A stretch of DNA of 36,759 nucleotides from Octopus bimaculoides (taxonomy: Eukaryota). The stretch's first letter is position 1; each line of letters starts with the position of its first letter. Under the pieces are notes generated by a model, which was given only the letters and a program-made list of their open reading frames with translations, had not been told where the DNA came from and did no database searches. Positions 1 through 12,170 of this stretch are shown in pieces. The translations under genes and the position numbers were made by a program. The stretch lies in assembly GCF_001194135.2 (NCBI RefSeq), contig NC_068986.1, positions 34,898,978-34,935,736 of the forward strand. Direction: 5' to 3'.

Positions 1-360
1 TATATATATATATATTTGTGCATGTGTATCATCTTCATCATCATATGTCCATTTTTTTTTTTACCATACTGGTATGGGCTAGCTTGGTTTCACTGCATTT
101 CTTTTCCATCATTTCACACATACACACACACAAAGCAACAGCATGAACTTGTCCTACCCTGTTGCTATGAATAACATGTTATTTTTTTGCCTGGTTCTTA
201 TGACTGGATGTCCTTTTAATCACCAGCCGCTTTCCAATATCAACTTGGTACACGTTATTGTACCATCAGCACTAGAAAGGTTGTCCGCCAAAAGACTAAA
301 GAATTTTCACTATTCTACATTATTGCCATTCCTTTCTTCCATCCTGGTATATCAAATCCG

Positions 361-760
361 ATAATGCAGTCGAGTGGTTAATAATATTGTTGAATGTTTA
401 ATAATATAGTTTGAATGCTTACTAATATAACTGGCTGTTCATGCAGCTGAATGTTAAATGATATTGCTGACAATGTTTAATAATATTGCTGACTGCTTAA
501 TAATGCAGCTGGCTGCTTAATATCGAGTTGAATGTTTAATAATGCAGTTGACTGCTTAATAACGAGTTGAATGTTTTATAATACAGATGACTACTTAATA
601 ATGCAGCTCAATTGTTAATAACATAGCTAAATATTCAGTAATACAATTGATTGCTTAATAATTCTGCTGAATGCTTTATAATGCAGTTTAATGCTATATA
701 ATACAACTGAATGTGTAATAATTAGAGTTGATTGTATTTAATAATACAACTTACATGTTT
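361..760. repeat. Degenerate minisatellite, about 20-bp unit, about 20 copies
   Basis: Recurring units such as ataatgcagttgactgctta, ataatattgttgaatgttta and ataatacaactgaatgtgta. Approximate consensus ATAATRYAGYTGAMTGYTTA. Confidence 0.85.
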
Positions 761-1090
761 AAATCCAAATTTTAGGTAACAATATCTTATCTCCTTTCGT
801 GTCATCTTCACATTGATATGTTGTGCTGTAATTTCCATTAAGCAAAGTTTTAGTCTCACCTTCTCTCCCTTCGATACTTACTGTTTCTTTATTTTCTCAA
901 CAAAATTATATTCACTCATATATCTATAGGTAGATAGATGCTTGTGTGTTGAGGATGGTGTTGTTCTTCATCTCCAAATGCAGAGTTCAGTGTCTTGTCA
1001 GTCTGTGAATAGCTCTGAAAATGATATATATATATATATTTAAAATAGGTTTTGTGAGGTAACATCATTCCCATGACAAGATCTTTTGTT

Positions 1091-1091
1091 C

Positions 1092-1161
<70 letters not shown>

Positions 1162-1200
1162 CCCCCCTCTCTCTCTCTCTCCCTCTCTCTCTCTCTCTCC
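1091..1200. repeat. (CTGT)n/(CT)n microsatellite
   Basis: Direct reading of the sequence. It explains the ERERER and SLSLSL ORFs. Confidence 0.97.
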
Positions 1201-1799
1201 ATATATATCATCATGCATCATTTCTTTTCTATGGTGATATTGGTCGGACAGTTCTCACAGACTTTCATTTTTTCATAACACACAGCATTAGAAAACCTGT
1301 CCATCCATGTTACTAGTTTCTTCAGCTCTTTGTGTATGTTTATGTGTGTGCACATGGAAGTGTGTGCATGTGTGTATTGTCTTTATACATAATTGTATAT
1401 ACACAGAATTTTTCTTATCATCCCAACTTACTTGGGAATTATTGCATGCATAGATTTCAGCAACTGCAAGTTTCTCCCTATATCTGTTGAATTCCATCCA
1501 TTCGAGCTTCTATTTAGTTTGAAAGGTTAATTAACTTTCATAAAGAAAAGTTAATTAAAATTTACATCCTTATTTCAATCAATTCCTGCTTTCTTAGATA
1601 CACATGTATATACATTCATACACAAATATTCATTGTATATTTTTGTGATTTAAAAAAAAAATGAATGAATATAAAAAAAAAGGGAAAATAAAAACTGTGT
1701 AAATGTGAAGGTTATTGAATGTAAACAATCGATCTTCTGAGAAAGGTAAGACGCTCAAGTGTTGTTTCTAGCTTAAAACTTCTGCTTGTTATAGTCTAT

Positions 1800-2030
1800 T
1801 CAGCCCTAAATCATCCCTGATTTAACAGGCCTATTTGATCAAAGGCATTCCGGCCATGACCATCCAGTCTTTTTTCTTCTCCAAGCATATAGGACTGCAT
1901 TATCCAATGTGTGCATTCTTTTTTTTTTTTCTATGATTTAGGTGAAGGTGTAATGGGAAGGGGGGAGGGCAATATCTTGCTGTCTATTTCTAGCAGATCA
2001 AGCAACCACATAGGTGCACTCTTCTTTGGC
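1800..2030 (+). mobile_element. Interspersed repeat fragment, related to 13390-13600
   Basis: Shared segments ttccggccatgaccatcc versus ttccagccatgaccttcc, and gtgtaat...gagg...gcagat in both places. Confidence 0.5.
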
Positions 2031-5000
2031 TCAACAACTTGTGTTAGATGTGATAACTGTTCAATGTCGACGTGGACTTCAAGAGTGGATGGTGTGTGTT
2101 TCATTGACAGCCATATGTTTTATATATATATATCTATATATATATGTTCAGTGTTGGGTTGTCCAATAAAGATAATTCTTGACCAATTTCACACTAAACA
2201 AACTCTATAGTCTCTTTTCTGTAGCAGTGTTTCCTCTCCAGGACCAATATGTAGACTGCAACTGCCAATATTTTTTTTCAAGATTTTTTTTTTATATATA
2301 TATATACTGATTTCAAAGAAAAAAATTTTACCTTTGTTTTTTTTTTTTGTTTTTTTTTTTATACCTTTTTTGATTTTCAGTAAAGCATTTCAAATCTGCT
2401 GCTACTACCACCATGTGTAAATCTTTTGAACTTAAAAAAAAAAAAAAGAAAAAAAAATCAAAATATATATTTTCATTTTTCAGTAATTTTTAAATCCTCA
2501 ACTGCTGTTTGTTTTTCCACTTGTGTATGTACTTATACTCTGTGGCCAGTATTCATTCTTTCTGGAAGNNNNNNNNNNNNNNNNNNNNNNNNNNNNNNNN
2601 NNNNNNNNNNNNNNNNNNNNNNNNNNNNNNNNNNNNNNNNNNNNNNNNNNNNNNNNNNNNNNNNNNNNNNNNNNNNNNNNNNNNNNNNNNNNNNNNNNNN
2701 NNNNNNNNNNNNNNNNNNNNNNNNNNNNNNNNNNNNNNNNNNNNNNNNNNNNNNNNNNNNNNNNNNNNNNNNNNNNNNNNNNNNNNNNNNNNNNNNNNNN
2801 NNNNNNNNNNNNNNNNNNNNNNNNNNNNNNNNNNNNNNNNNNNNNNNNAAAAAAGACCCTGCCATGAAAAATGTTTATCAAAATATTGTCATCCCTTGTA
2901 GAATTTTTCTGGAAGGAGAAAAAAAAAAACAAAAAAAAAGTACAAAACAAAAACGATTAAGTGCCTTTTTTTACCTTTATTCTTGTATTTGACTGTTTTC
3001 ATGTCTGCTGCTCTTGCTTTTTTTTTTTCTAAATGGTTACATTTGTTATGTTATCAATCTGCCCTCTTTTGTGCCTGTAACAAGTCTTTATTCTGCAAAA
3101 TATTATCAGCTTGTCTCTGGAAGATCATTCTTCAGAGGCATCAATCTTAGAAGCAAGTTTCTCAACCGTCCGGTTACAAGTATCCCTCTTGTGTTAATGA
3201 TACGTGGCAGGTATGACAAACAACTACTATTATTACTGTTATTATTTTTGTTATTTATATATATATAATTTTTTTAACAAATGATTCCTCCACATTTCCA
3301 TATTATATTAAAACACCTACAGAACTTGGGGTACATCTATAGATTTTAGGAAAATATTTATAGAGCTAAGGAAATGCTAACAGAACCAACTTATTTGATA
3401 TGTTCTTTGTGGTCAAATATATATTAATGGATTTGATTATTAGTGTTGTAATTAAATTCCATAGTGCCACTATTAAATTTTACAGATTATGTGGTATCAT
3501 CTGAAGAAAATGGCCTGTTTTATAAGAGCATTTCTACTGAGAACTCTTTCGATTAAAATTTTTTTTATAATATTCAAGCTGCCCCCACTCTTGCTGAGTG
3601 ACTGATAGCACCCAACTAGCTCCTCCATATAAACTCCCTGTCTTTAAAATCTTTCTTTTTTTTTTTAAGTTGGAGACTCAAAATATTATCATAATTTATT
3701 TTCAAAATGTAAAATGTGTTACTGTTTTTGTCAGTAAATTATATTATTTTATAAGTAAAGTAGAGATGACACCAAATTTTAAAAAGTTGATACTAGCTTT
3801 TCCTTATTAAGCTGTAAGAATTCCAATTTCATCGATAAACAGAAGCAGTATGGGAACAAATGTTAAGTTGAATGTTAGCAATTAGCGTCTGACCCAATTA
3901 ATCTTACCTTTAATTATTAACCATTTATTAATACAATGGAGAAAAATGCTTTCATAATATTTTGTGTTGTTAATAATGTGGTTCAAAGCTATTTTAGACT
4001 TTTATCCTTCCTATATCTTAACCATTTATTGTTAACAACTTAAATAAAGAAACTGAATGTTCGATTTTAGTAACCCTACAGACTTTTTGTGTGGTCTATA
4101 GTTCGTACATTATAAAGTTTTTGTTTATATATAAACTGTTTTGGAAGTTGGTTCTAATTCCTTAGTTTGCTGGGCTTTTCCTTTTTCTGGTTCTTCTTTC
4201 TCTCTCTAGTCTGAAGTATGGCCTGTAATATTTTTATACTCTTTTAGACTAGAATGGCCATTTACTAAACTTATAGATTAGTTATTAGCTTACGAAACAT
4301 TATCTATTAGAAAATAGACTATCAGGAGCTAGATTTAGGAATGTTGTATGCGAGATATATATATATATATATATATGCATGCTTTTCACTCTCATATATT
4401 ATTATTATTAGAGAAAGAGACAGAGTGAGAGAGAGAGAAGCAGACTGTTAGTTGGTTGGCAGAAATAGTTCTGCATGACATCAGATGCAGCAACATTGAT
4501 CAGTTTTAATATTGAGACATTTGTATGAGTGTCTGAAATAGTGTTTTATTGCTAAAAGCTGTTTCAAATAGCAATTATTATATATATATTTATATATATT
4601 CTCATAATTTAGATTAAAGCTGAGTGAGGAAAGAAAAAAAAACTTGTCTGTGAAAAACTTGGATAATGTTTTTATAATAGGGTTTTGAAACATCACTAAT
4701 ATGTTGTTAGTTTAATATCTTATTTACCTATAGACCATAGAATATTGTAATAATATTATAATAATTTCATAAAATAAAATATAAATGTTATAAAACAGAG
4801 AATTAGCTTTACTGAATAGAAGTTAAAAAATGCTATATTTTCTGTGAGAGAATAGGGAAATAGAAACAATATTGTTACTGGAGAATTGTTCAGATTCTTG
4901 CCATTTCACTTTTGTTTTCATTTCATTTAGCCCTTTCGTTTCTATATTTCTAACCAAAATACACTCCTTCTGTGTTTCAAGTTAAATTCTAAAATAAATT

Positions 5001-5404
5001 CTCTTACCCATACATATATTTTTGAAGGGACACAATCCTATAAATAAGAAGGCAGACTAGACAATTATTGCTTATAGTTTTCCCGTAACTAATCTGTATT
5101 GCCTAGTCTTTGGTCTGAAGGATTGGAGTGAGTAGAATAGTTAAAAAAAACTAGGAGTTAACAGGTCAGTGACTGTTGGATGGAAGTACGTATTGTTACT
5201 CTTTTATACAATATTGCTTCTCAGCCTTTTGTAGCTTATAACCCTATTTTCACCAAATGGTGTTTTACAGACACCCTTTAATTTTGTGCTGTAGTTTGTT
5301 ACCCTTATTTCCTTATACAGTACTAGTTTATCCAGCAATTTGCATGAGGTACTGTCGTGCCTGTTTAATTCTTTATAGAAATTACTAAAGGTGAGGACAT
5401 ATAT

Positions 5405-5780
5405 GTTGTTGTTGGCACTCTGTCACTTACGACGTCGAGGGTTCCAGTTGATTCCGATCAACGGAACAGCCTGCTCATGGAATTAATGTGCAAGTGGCTG
5501 AGCACTCCACAGACACGTGTACCCTTAACGTAGTTCCCAAGGATATTCAGCGTGATACAGAGTGTGACAAGTCTGACCTTTGAATTACTGGCACAACAGA
5601 AACAGGAAGAAAGAGTGAGAGAAAGTTGTGGTGAAAGAGTACAGCACGGTTCACCACCATCCCCTGCCGGAGCCTTGTGGAGCTTTAGGTATTTTCGCTC
5701 AATAAACACTCACAACGCCCGGTCTGGGAATCGAAACCGCGAGTCCGCTGCTCTAACCACTGGGCCATTGCGCCTCCACT
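5405..5780 (-). mobile_element. Near full-length tRNA-derived SINE (family A) with (AAC)n tail and 10-bp target-site duplication
   Basis: Minus-strand A box TGGCCCAGTGG (5757-5767) and B box GGTTTCGATTCCC (5726-5738), tail gagtgccaacaacaac, and GGACATATAT at both 5395-5404 and 5781-5790. Further copies lie at 11980, 13083 and 24461. Confidence 0.92.
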
Positions 5781-8339
5781 GGACATATATAATGAAAATA
5801 TATTTGGACCTTGGCACATAGTCAGTCATGTTTCTGCTCACTAACAACATGATGTCCTGTTCATATTTTAATTCTGACAAGAGATTTGGGTGGGGTGGGG
5901 AGATTCTTTTTTTGAAGATGTGTCTAAAATGTTAGTATTATATGTGGTTTAAATATTTTATTTCTTAGAAAAATCATGACCTCTTTAAACACCCAAAAGC
6001 TTTTAGTGTTCTACTGATATTTGCTGCTGCCCTGTAAGCTCACAGTCCCTACCACCAACATGCAGCAATATTGCACTACCCTGGGGTTTTTAAGAACCAC
6101 TGCTTTTGACTGGTGATTTAAAATCTTTTGCAAGCTAAAAATTTCTTTTTTCTTAAGTTATAGGGAAGTGTGTTGAAGTCATTGAGTCTTCACCATTTTG
6201 GCTTATAACTGTTAGAGATTTATGCATAGAAGGGAGTATTATTGCATAAGCTAGTTGTTTAAAAAAAGAAAAATTATAAGTGTAGGTCACATCTGCTGGG
6301 CAGTGAATTATGTGTTATTAAGTTGACCAGTGTTCTATCTCTTGCCAATTGCAAATATTTGGTTTAAAAACATTAAAGCAATAATAATGAAACAAATTGC
6401 TGATGTATAATTATGAAAGCAATTTTGTTATTAAATGAAGCTAACATGAATTTAAATCAATTTTTTTTTTCATCATGACATCTTTTTCCCACACATGCTA
6501 TTCTACTTCTTAATTTTTTTCTTTTTTATTTAGTCAGAAATCATTTTTTATATTTTATTTAGTCATTCGATAACCTCACTTGGTTCTAGCGAAATACTTG
6601 AAAGTAGCTCTCACATTCAACATGTTTAGTTGGTAGAGTCCATTACTTGACAACATCAGAACCCATAAATGATAAAAGACTAGGTCAGTTTTAACCAGAT
6701 TAGTTGTGATCTGTCAAACCGTACATTGCTTTTCATGAATTATCATTAGTAGTAGTTATTGCTTTTAGTAAACATTTTTTTGCGAGCTGCTATTAGTTGA
6801 AAAGATCTTCAATACAAGAATTTTTTTTGTCAAGAATCTTAGTCTTGTTTCAACTAGAATTTGATTTAACTAACCTGTCCTAAGTCTTCTTCTCTTGTCT
6901 ACTTCTACCGAATGTATCCTTTACTGCTATTTTGCAGCACTTTCTCATTATAAGCAAGATTTACTGTCCTGTTGAACTTCCATACTAACTCAGTTGACTA
7001 TCCAGCTAATAATGACTACATTCTACTGATTAATTAGCAGTTCTAACATAATTAAACTTGATATTGGTAATTAAATAGTTACTATTAATAATTCCACCAA
7101 GGTACCATGCAATGGGAATGAACCCAAAATGATGCAGTTTGGAAGTGAAATTCTAAAACACACACAGCCATGCCTGCTCTTTATATTACATTTAGCTATT
7201 GACTTTTGATATGAATCATAGTTGGGTGATCTATGATAATTGACCTCACCCTCCTGAAAGTACCAGCATCTACTTTATTTTCACACTGCACAAAACATAT
7301 ATACACACACCACTTCCATGTTTATTCCCAATCTGATTCATGATAATGCAGACCAAGTTTTAATGACCTTCTAAATAAACTGCTTTTTGTCTCTGATGCC
7401 TATCTCCCACCTAACACACAACATTCATCTCTTATGCTATTGAATATTTAACCCCAACTACAACAGATCTGGAATCTTTAATTTTTTAATATAATTTTAC
7501 TTAAAAGGTTTCGTAATAAAACAGAAATTGTTCATAGATTATGACTAAATTCAATAAAGATTTGATTTGGAAACAATTGTCTTTTCCTACTAACTTGTTT
7601 TAGAATTCAACAAGTGCCAGACTGGATGTTTTAATGTATCTAGTTCAATGCCTGAGTGATTCTGCAGGAAACCTTGTGGAGTTGATAGAATAAGTACTTG
7701 AAATATATTAGCTTTATTTAATCACTCCACCTCACTCTTATTAAATTGGTCTTTAAAATAAATCTATATTTTTATCTTTAATTACTGACTAAATATTGCC
7801 ATATATTTAATATATGGTAACCCTCCCACACACATACACACACACGCACACTTAAACAAATTTAGCGTCTATTTACCAAAATAAAATTAATCAGGATATT
7901 GAGTTAAGTAGAATCATTTATGAAACTGTTTCATTCCCCAAAAGACTAAACTAGATGTCGGAAAAAAAAAACCCTAAAAAAAAAAACAAGTATTTTTCTA
8001 ATTAGAAGTAGTTTTGTGCAGCTGAACTATTTTTAGTAATATGAAACCAATTTTGGTATAAAATTTAATATTTTGATACATTATATTTTCTCTTGTGTCC
8101 TTTTTATTAGATATTCTATTGGTTGATGGAAGGTGGGGTGGGGTGGAGGACATTTATTATCCATTCAGTAAACTTCCCTGTAGTTTAGTAAACCCACATT
8201 TAAAATTTGGGTCTAAAAACTGAATATTCCTCTTCTTTTTTTTTTTATTATATTCTAAATATTGTTTAAAATATAAGCGTGTTATGTTGAAGTTGTGTTG
8301 TTGGGGGGTCTGCTTAAACCAGTGTTTATTTCTCTCCAG

Positions 8340-8502
8340 TGGCACGCATTAGATCGAGCTGAACAGGCCAAATACTATGAAATGGCTCGCAAGGAAAAAG
8401 AGTTACACATGCAACTATACCCTGGTTGGAGTGCACGAGACAACTATGCCTCACATACAAAAAAAAAGAAGAGGAAAAGAGAAACAACAGGTGAGGATGA
8501 AG
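8340..8502 (+). CDS. TCF: TCF/LEF (pangolin/TCF7L2-like) exon: C-terminal half of HMG box and basic tail/NLS
   Basis: Acceptor tttctctccag at 8339, then phase-0 [54 protein letters not shown]. This matches the TCF/LEF HMG signature WHALxRxEQAKYYELARKE...[11 protein letters not shown] followed by the basic tail. Donor AAG|gtaaaa after 8502, phase 1; an alternative donor lies after 8490. Confidence 0.96.
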
Positions 8503-9537
8503 GTAAAAACTCGACACTTAATTTCTTTTTCATCCTTCCAGAAAAAGACTTTAAGTGTTTATTTATTCCATCTTTTCCTTCTTTCACACCAATTAATTCT
8601 AACTTTCATCTTGTAGGTTTGGATGTAGCCATAGAAGTATGAGGAGAAGGCAAGAGAATGGATTTAAGCCTACAAACTTATATTGCTGCTGTTGTTGTTG
8701 TTTTTGTTTAATTAGCGAAAGTACAAACATTCACAAATTATAGCATGTTGTGTTTGCCTAAAGAACAAAATCATTGCAAGTCAGTTATCAATTGCTCCAA
8801 AGCAAATGTTTAATGTCTAAGACTACACCTTAAAGTCACTGAAAATTAATATTTTTCTACACATGTATCTATTATTGGGTAATCAGTTCGTGTATTGATT
8901 ACACAAAACGATACATTGGTAATCAGTCACAAAATCAATGCAGTGAAGCAACTGATAGTGATGGACCTGAAACAGATTTGTAGATAAATTTCTGTTGACT
9001 TGATGGCATCATTGGTGCTAGAGGTGAAGCTAGGGTTAGCTCTGTAGCTAAGGGATGCAAGAAGATTTAAGAATTGACATCTATTTTTCTCTTGTCAGTA
9101 ACAGAGTTCCATTCTCTGTAAGAAATAAAACAGATTTTTATACAGTCAAACACAACATAAGACAAGAATTAGCCAAATCAAATTGGGGGGAAAGAACAGG
9201 CAGTGAATGGAAAGGAATAAGCTGAGCGTGGTTTACTGGGTGAGCCAAATCAAACACTGAGACACTGCCTATGACTCTTCACAGGGCCTCCAAAATTGGT
9301 GGAAGGGAGACCGGGGAGAAAGGCATCCTCAGATTAGAGACCTGTCCCCAATGCTTGAAACACAGCAGTCTCTGCTAAAAGACATCCGAGGTACCAGGTG
9401 ATGGTGCCAAATTGAGTGACAAACTTAAGCCTACCACCCATGTAGGCCACAGTAGAATTTGTACTTGAAATGCAAGGAGTTGGAACAAATACCACAAGAT
9501 ATCTGATCTGTGTTCTTACAGTTTGCCAATCCCCTCC

Positions 9538-9625
9538 GCCCTGATTGGTACTTTTTTATCAACCCTGAAAGGACGAAAAGCAAAGCTGACCCTGACTGGA
9601 ATTGAGCTCAGAGTATTGAGTGTCA
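9538..9625 (-). mobile_element. Fragment of SINE family C (same family as 12349-13040)
   Basis: The reverse complement gtcagctttgcttttcgtcctttcagggttgataaaaaagtaccaatc matches ggtcaactttgcttttcatccttttggggtcaataaattaagtaccag at about 12671-12718. Confidence 0.7.
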
Positions 9626-9729
9626 GAACAAATACCACACAGCACTATCTCTGCTACTCTAACAGCTGCCAAGTCACAAGGGTGTTGACAGAATGACTGG
9701 TTCACAGTAGTATTGGCTGACGTGTACAA

Positions 9730-9962
9730 GAGAGATAGCCGTTGCCAGTACCGCCTGACTGGCCTTTGTGCCAGTGGCACGTAGAAGCACCCACTACACT
9801 CTCAGAGTGGTTGGCATTAGGAAGGGCATCCAGCTGTAGAAACTCTGCCAAATCAGATTGGAGCCTGGTGTAGCCATCTGGTCCACCAGTCTTCAGTCAA
9901 ATCGTCCAACCTATGCTAGTATGGAAAACGGACGTTAAACGACGATGATGATGACGGTGATG
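9730..9962 (+). mobile_element. 3' end of a retroposon with (GAT)n tail (RTE-like LINE tail or tail-sharing SINE, family B)
   Basis: gagtggttggcattaggaagggcatccagctgtagaaactctgcc...ggacgttaaacgacgatgatgatg is shared with 15775-15932. The RTE assignment is an inference from the short tandem-repeat tail. Confidence 0.8.
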
Positions 9963-11151
9963 TTTCAACATATAATATACATGGAGGATATATACTTGAT
10001 TTAAAGTTGTCATGAATTAATGGAGGCTGGTAACTGAAACAGAAGGAGAGTAATGAAAGTTTAAGATGAACTGGTTACTTCAGATCTGGAAAAGTGTTAA
10101 TCTTCATCAATAAGGTGACACAGCATTGTAAACTTCACTCAATCTTTCAGATAATAAAACAGATATCAAATATTATTGCTGTTCGTATAAATGATGTTGG
10201 GAAAACATTGCTTTTCAAGCATATAGGAATAAATAGTGGAGAAAAATCCAGTGAAGGTCCTTTGCCAACATAGGTTTTATATCAAATGAAGAATTTGTCA
10301 CCAAAATATAGAATTAATAAGCTTTGACTTATTAACCATGTCTTGATAACTTGGTTTCTACAGTAATTATTACACCAATTAAATATTGATTCTCAAGGCT
10401 TTCGAATAACACCCCCTGTTACCTTTGTATTCTGTTTTTGTCATTCCAATAATCATAGAATTAGAGAATTAACAAAATCATGGTATCTACATAAATCTAG
10501 TTTAGATCTTTCACAGCAAGCTTAGTTAAAGAAATGGAATTACTTGAAAAATTCAATTGGTAACAAGATCTAATTCTTGTTCCCTTTGATCTAGACACAA
10601 CCTGTTAACATCAATGCTGTCATCTCTTGAATTTACCAATTAAAGCAGTTCTTCAAAATTGGGATATTCTCAACAGTTTATTCTTGCTTCAAAATAGCCT
10701 TCCCAATAGACGAGTTCCCACAAATAGCGGTATTTTCGCTGTCAACTTGGCTACCAAAATTTAACATGTTTCTGCAGCATCAGAAACTTTATCATTTTAT
10801 TTTGTGTTTTAATTTTTTTTTTTTTTTTTAATTTCAATTTCAATTTTTTTAAAAATCTAATTTAAAATTCATTTAATTTTTGTTTTAGTTCAAATTAACC
10901 ACTTAACCATTCTTTATATGTTCTACAGTTGTCTGTGATGTCAAAGACCATTTTATCAGTCTTAGATTTGTGTTTTAATTTCTGTGTATATACATAAATG
11001 TTTTCTTGGTGCTGTCTATGCATGTATATTTGCATTTTTTTGTTTCTAAATCACATGCATACACATAGCATAAAGAGTCATTCTTTTCTTGTGTTTTGTA
11101 TGTGATTTTTTTTCTTTCTTGCTTGTTTATAATTTTTGTTTTGGTCTGGAG

Positions 11152-11193
11152 GAAGGGCTTATATCAATGGCCTTTGCACACTCTCCAAGACTA
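11152..11193 (+). CDS. Candidate 42-nt symmetric phase-1 cassette exon of TCF (GRAYINGLCTLSKT)
   Basis: U-rich AG-free zone at 11078-11149, GAG acceptor (uncommon), open phase-1 frame, donor CTA|gtaaga. Splice signals only, no homology recognised. Confidence 0.3.
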
Positions 11194-11550
11194 GTAAGAT
11201 TGACTCTTGGAATAGTTTAGATGTATGTGTTAATTACTACCAAAGGAAAAGGCAAAAAGGTTTCTACCAATTTCTTTAAAATAATTATTCTACTTTTCTA
11301 AGCTTAACATACTTTCCAGGGTTCCATAATAACTTCTTTTTTTTTTTATTTTAAAACTCGTTTCCCCTAATCTATATATTTACACATATATGTTTCCTCC
11401 TCCATGATGTTTTAAAGTTGTACAAATTTGTTTCATTTTTCACAGATTTATTTAATGTTGATAACCACTTTTATAAATGCAGTGTGCATTAACAATTTTT
11501 TTGTTTTTGTTTTGCTGACCATGGTATGTAATAAGTTTTGGTGGGGTGGG

Positions 11551-11720
11551 GAGAGACAACTCTGACTCTGATTGGCTGATGTATGGAGAAAGAAAGATTG
11601 ACAATTCTGACTTCTTGTTGGTTGATATATGTGGAAAGTGGGACAGCTAACTCTGTGATTGGTTGTTTGATATAAGGAGAAAGAGAGAGTGACAATCCTG
11701 GCTCTGGTTGGTTGATATTA
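11551..11720. repeat. Four degenerate tandem units of about 45 bp
   Basis: Units begin acaactctgac, acaattctgac, acagctaactc and acaatcctggc, each followed by (a/g)ttgg(c/t)tg...gatat...gaaag. Confidence 0.7.
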
Positions 11721-11979
11721 ATGTTTTATAAATATTGTCTGGACCAACACATTTCTTCTGATTTGTGTTTGATAGGGATTACTTTCTTAAAGCAGCAATG
11801 CAAATAAAGGGACAATATCATAGGTCTGGAAGTAAATATAAATTAAAGGAGACTAAGTTGTAAAAACAGGGAAATTACATAGCGACCTATCTCAATTTGT
11901 GGATGGATATATGGCAGTAACAACAATTTCATTCTAGACATGTATTTCATGACTAATGGTTAAGTGTTGGTTGTTGTTT

Positions 11980-12170
11980 AACCCCACCACAACTTTCTCT
12001 CACTCTTACTTCCTGTTTCTGCTGTGCCTGTAATCTCCCCGAGAACTACGTTAAGGGTACACGTGTCTGTGGAGTGCTCAGCCACTTGCACGTTAATTTC
12101 ACGAGCAGGCTGTTCCGTTGATCGGATCAACTGGAACCCTCGATGGAGTGCCAACAACAACAACAACAAC
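11980..12170 (+). mobile_element. 3' part of SINE family A with internal deletion and (AAC)n tail
   Basis: 12043-12091 is the exact 49-nt reverse complement of 5488-5536. It ends in gagtgccaacaacaacaacaacaac. Confidence 0.92.

Noticed and set aside
361-760. Regularly spaced repeats as a possible CRISPR array
   Set aside because: The units are contiguous and degenerate with no unique spacers, the context is eukaryotic and there are no cas genes.
916-1316. ORFs with ERERER and SLSLSL runs
   Set aside because: They are translations of the (CT)n microsatellite.
1834-1856. TCF-like site ATCAAAGG next to ccggcc (Helper-like), suggesting autoregulation; also CCTTTGATC at 10583-10591 and GATCAAAG at 23953-23960
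   Set aside because: The first lies inside an interspersed repeat. Several 7-mer TCF cores are expected by chance in over 30 kb of AT-rich DNA, and there is no clustering.
2426-2992. Long ORFs containing X runs here and at 24087-24644, 26788-27483, 27674-28253 and 31172-32351
   Set aside because: They are open only because N gaps contain no stop codons.
5379-5396. Possible 12-nt microexon tttatag|AAATTACTAAAG|gtgagg
   Set aside because: It would insert KLLK into a helix of the highly conserved HMG box, the acceptor is modest, and it abuts a SINE insertion site. There is no supporting evidence.
5726-5779. tRNA-like sequence on the minus strand (also near 24750-24820)
   Set aside because: It has A and B boxes but continues into a SINE body and tail, so it is a SINE head and not a tRNA gene.
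5458-5821. ORFs here and at 11978-12169 and 24483-24735 that resemble each other (for example QLIRSTEQPA)
   Set aside because: The similarity comes from SINE family A copies, not from a protein family.
1-8339. Expected upstream exon for the first half of the HMG box (KKPLNAFMLFM...ILGRR)
   Set aside because: No such coding sequence was found in the readable bases. It probably lies before the window, or less likely within the 2569-2848 gap.
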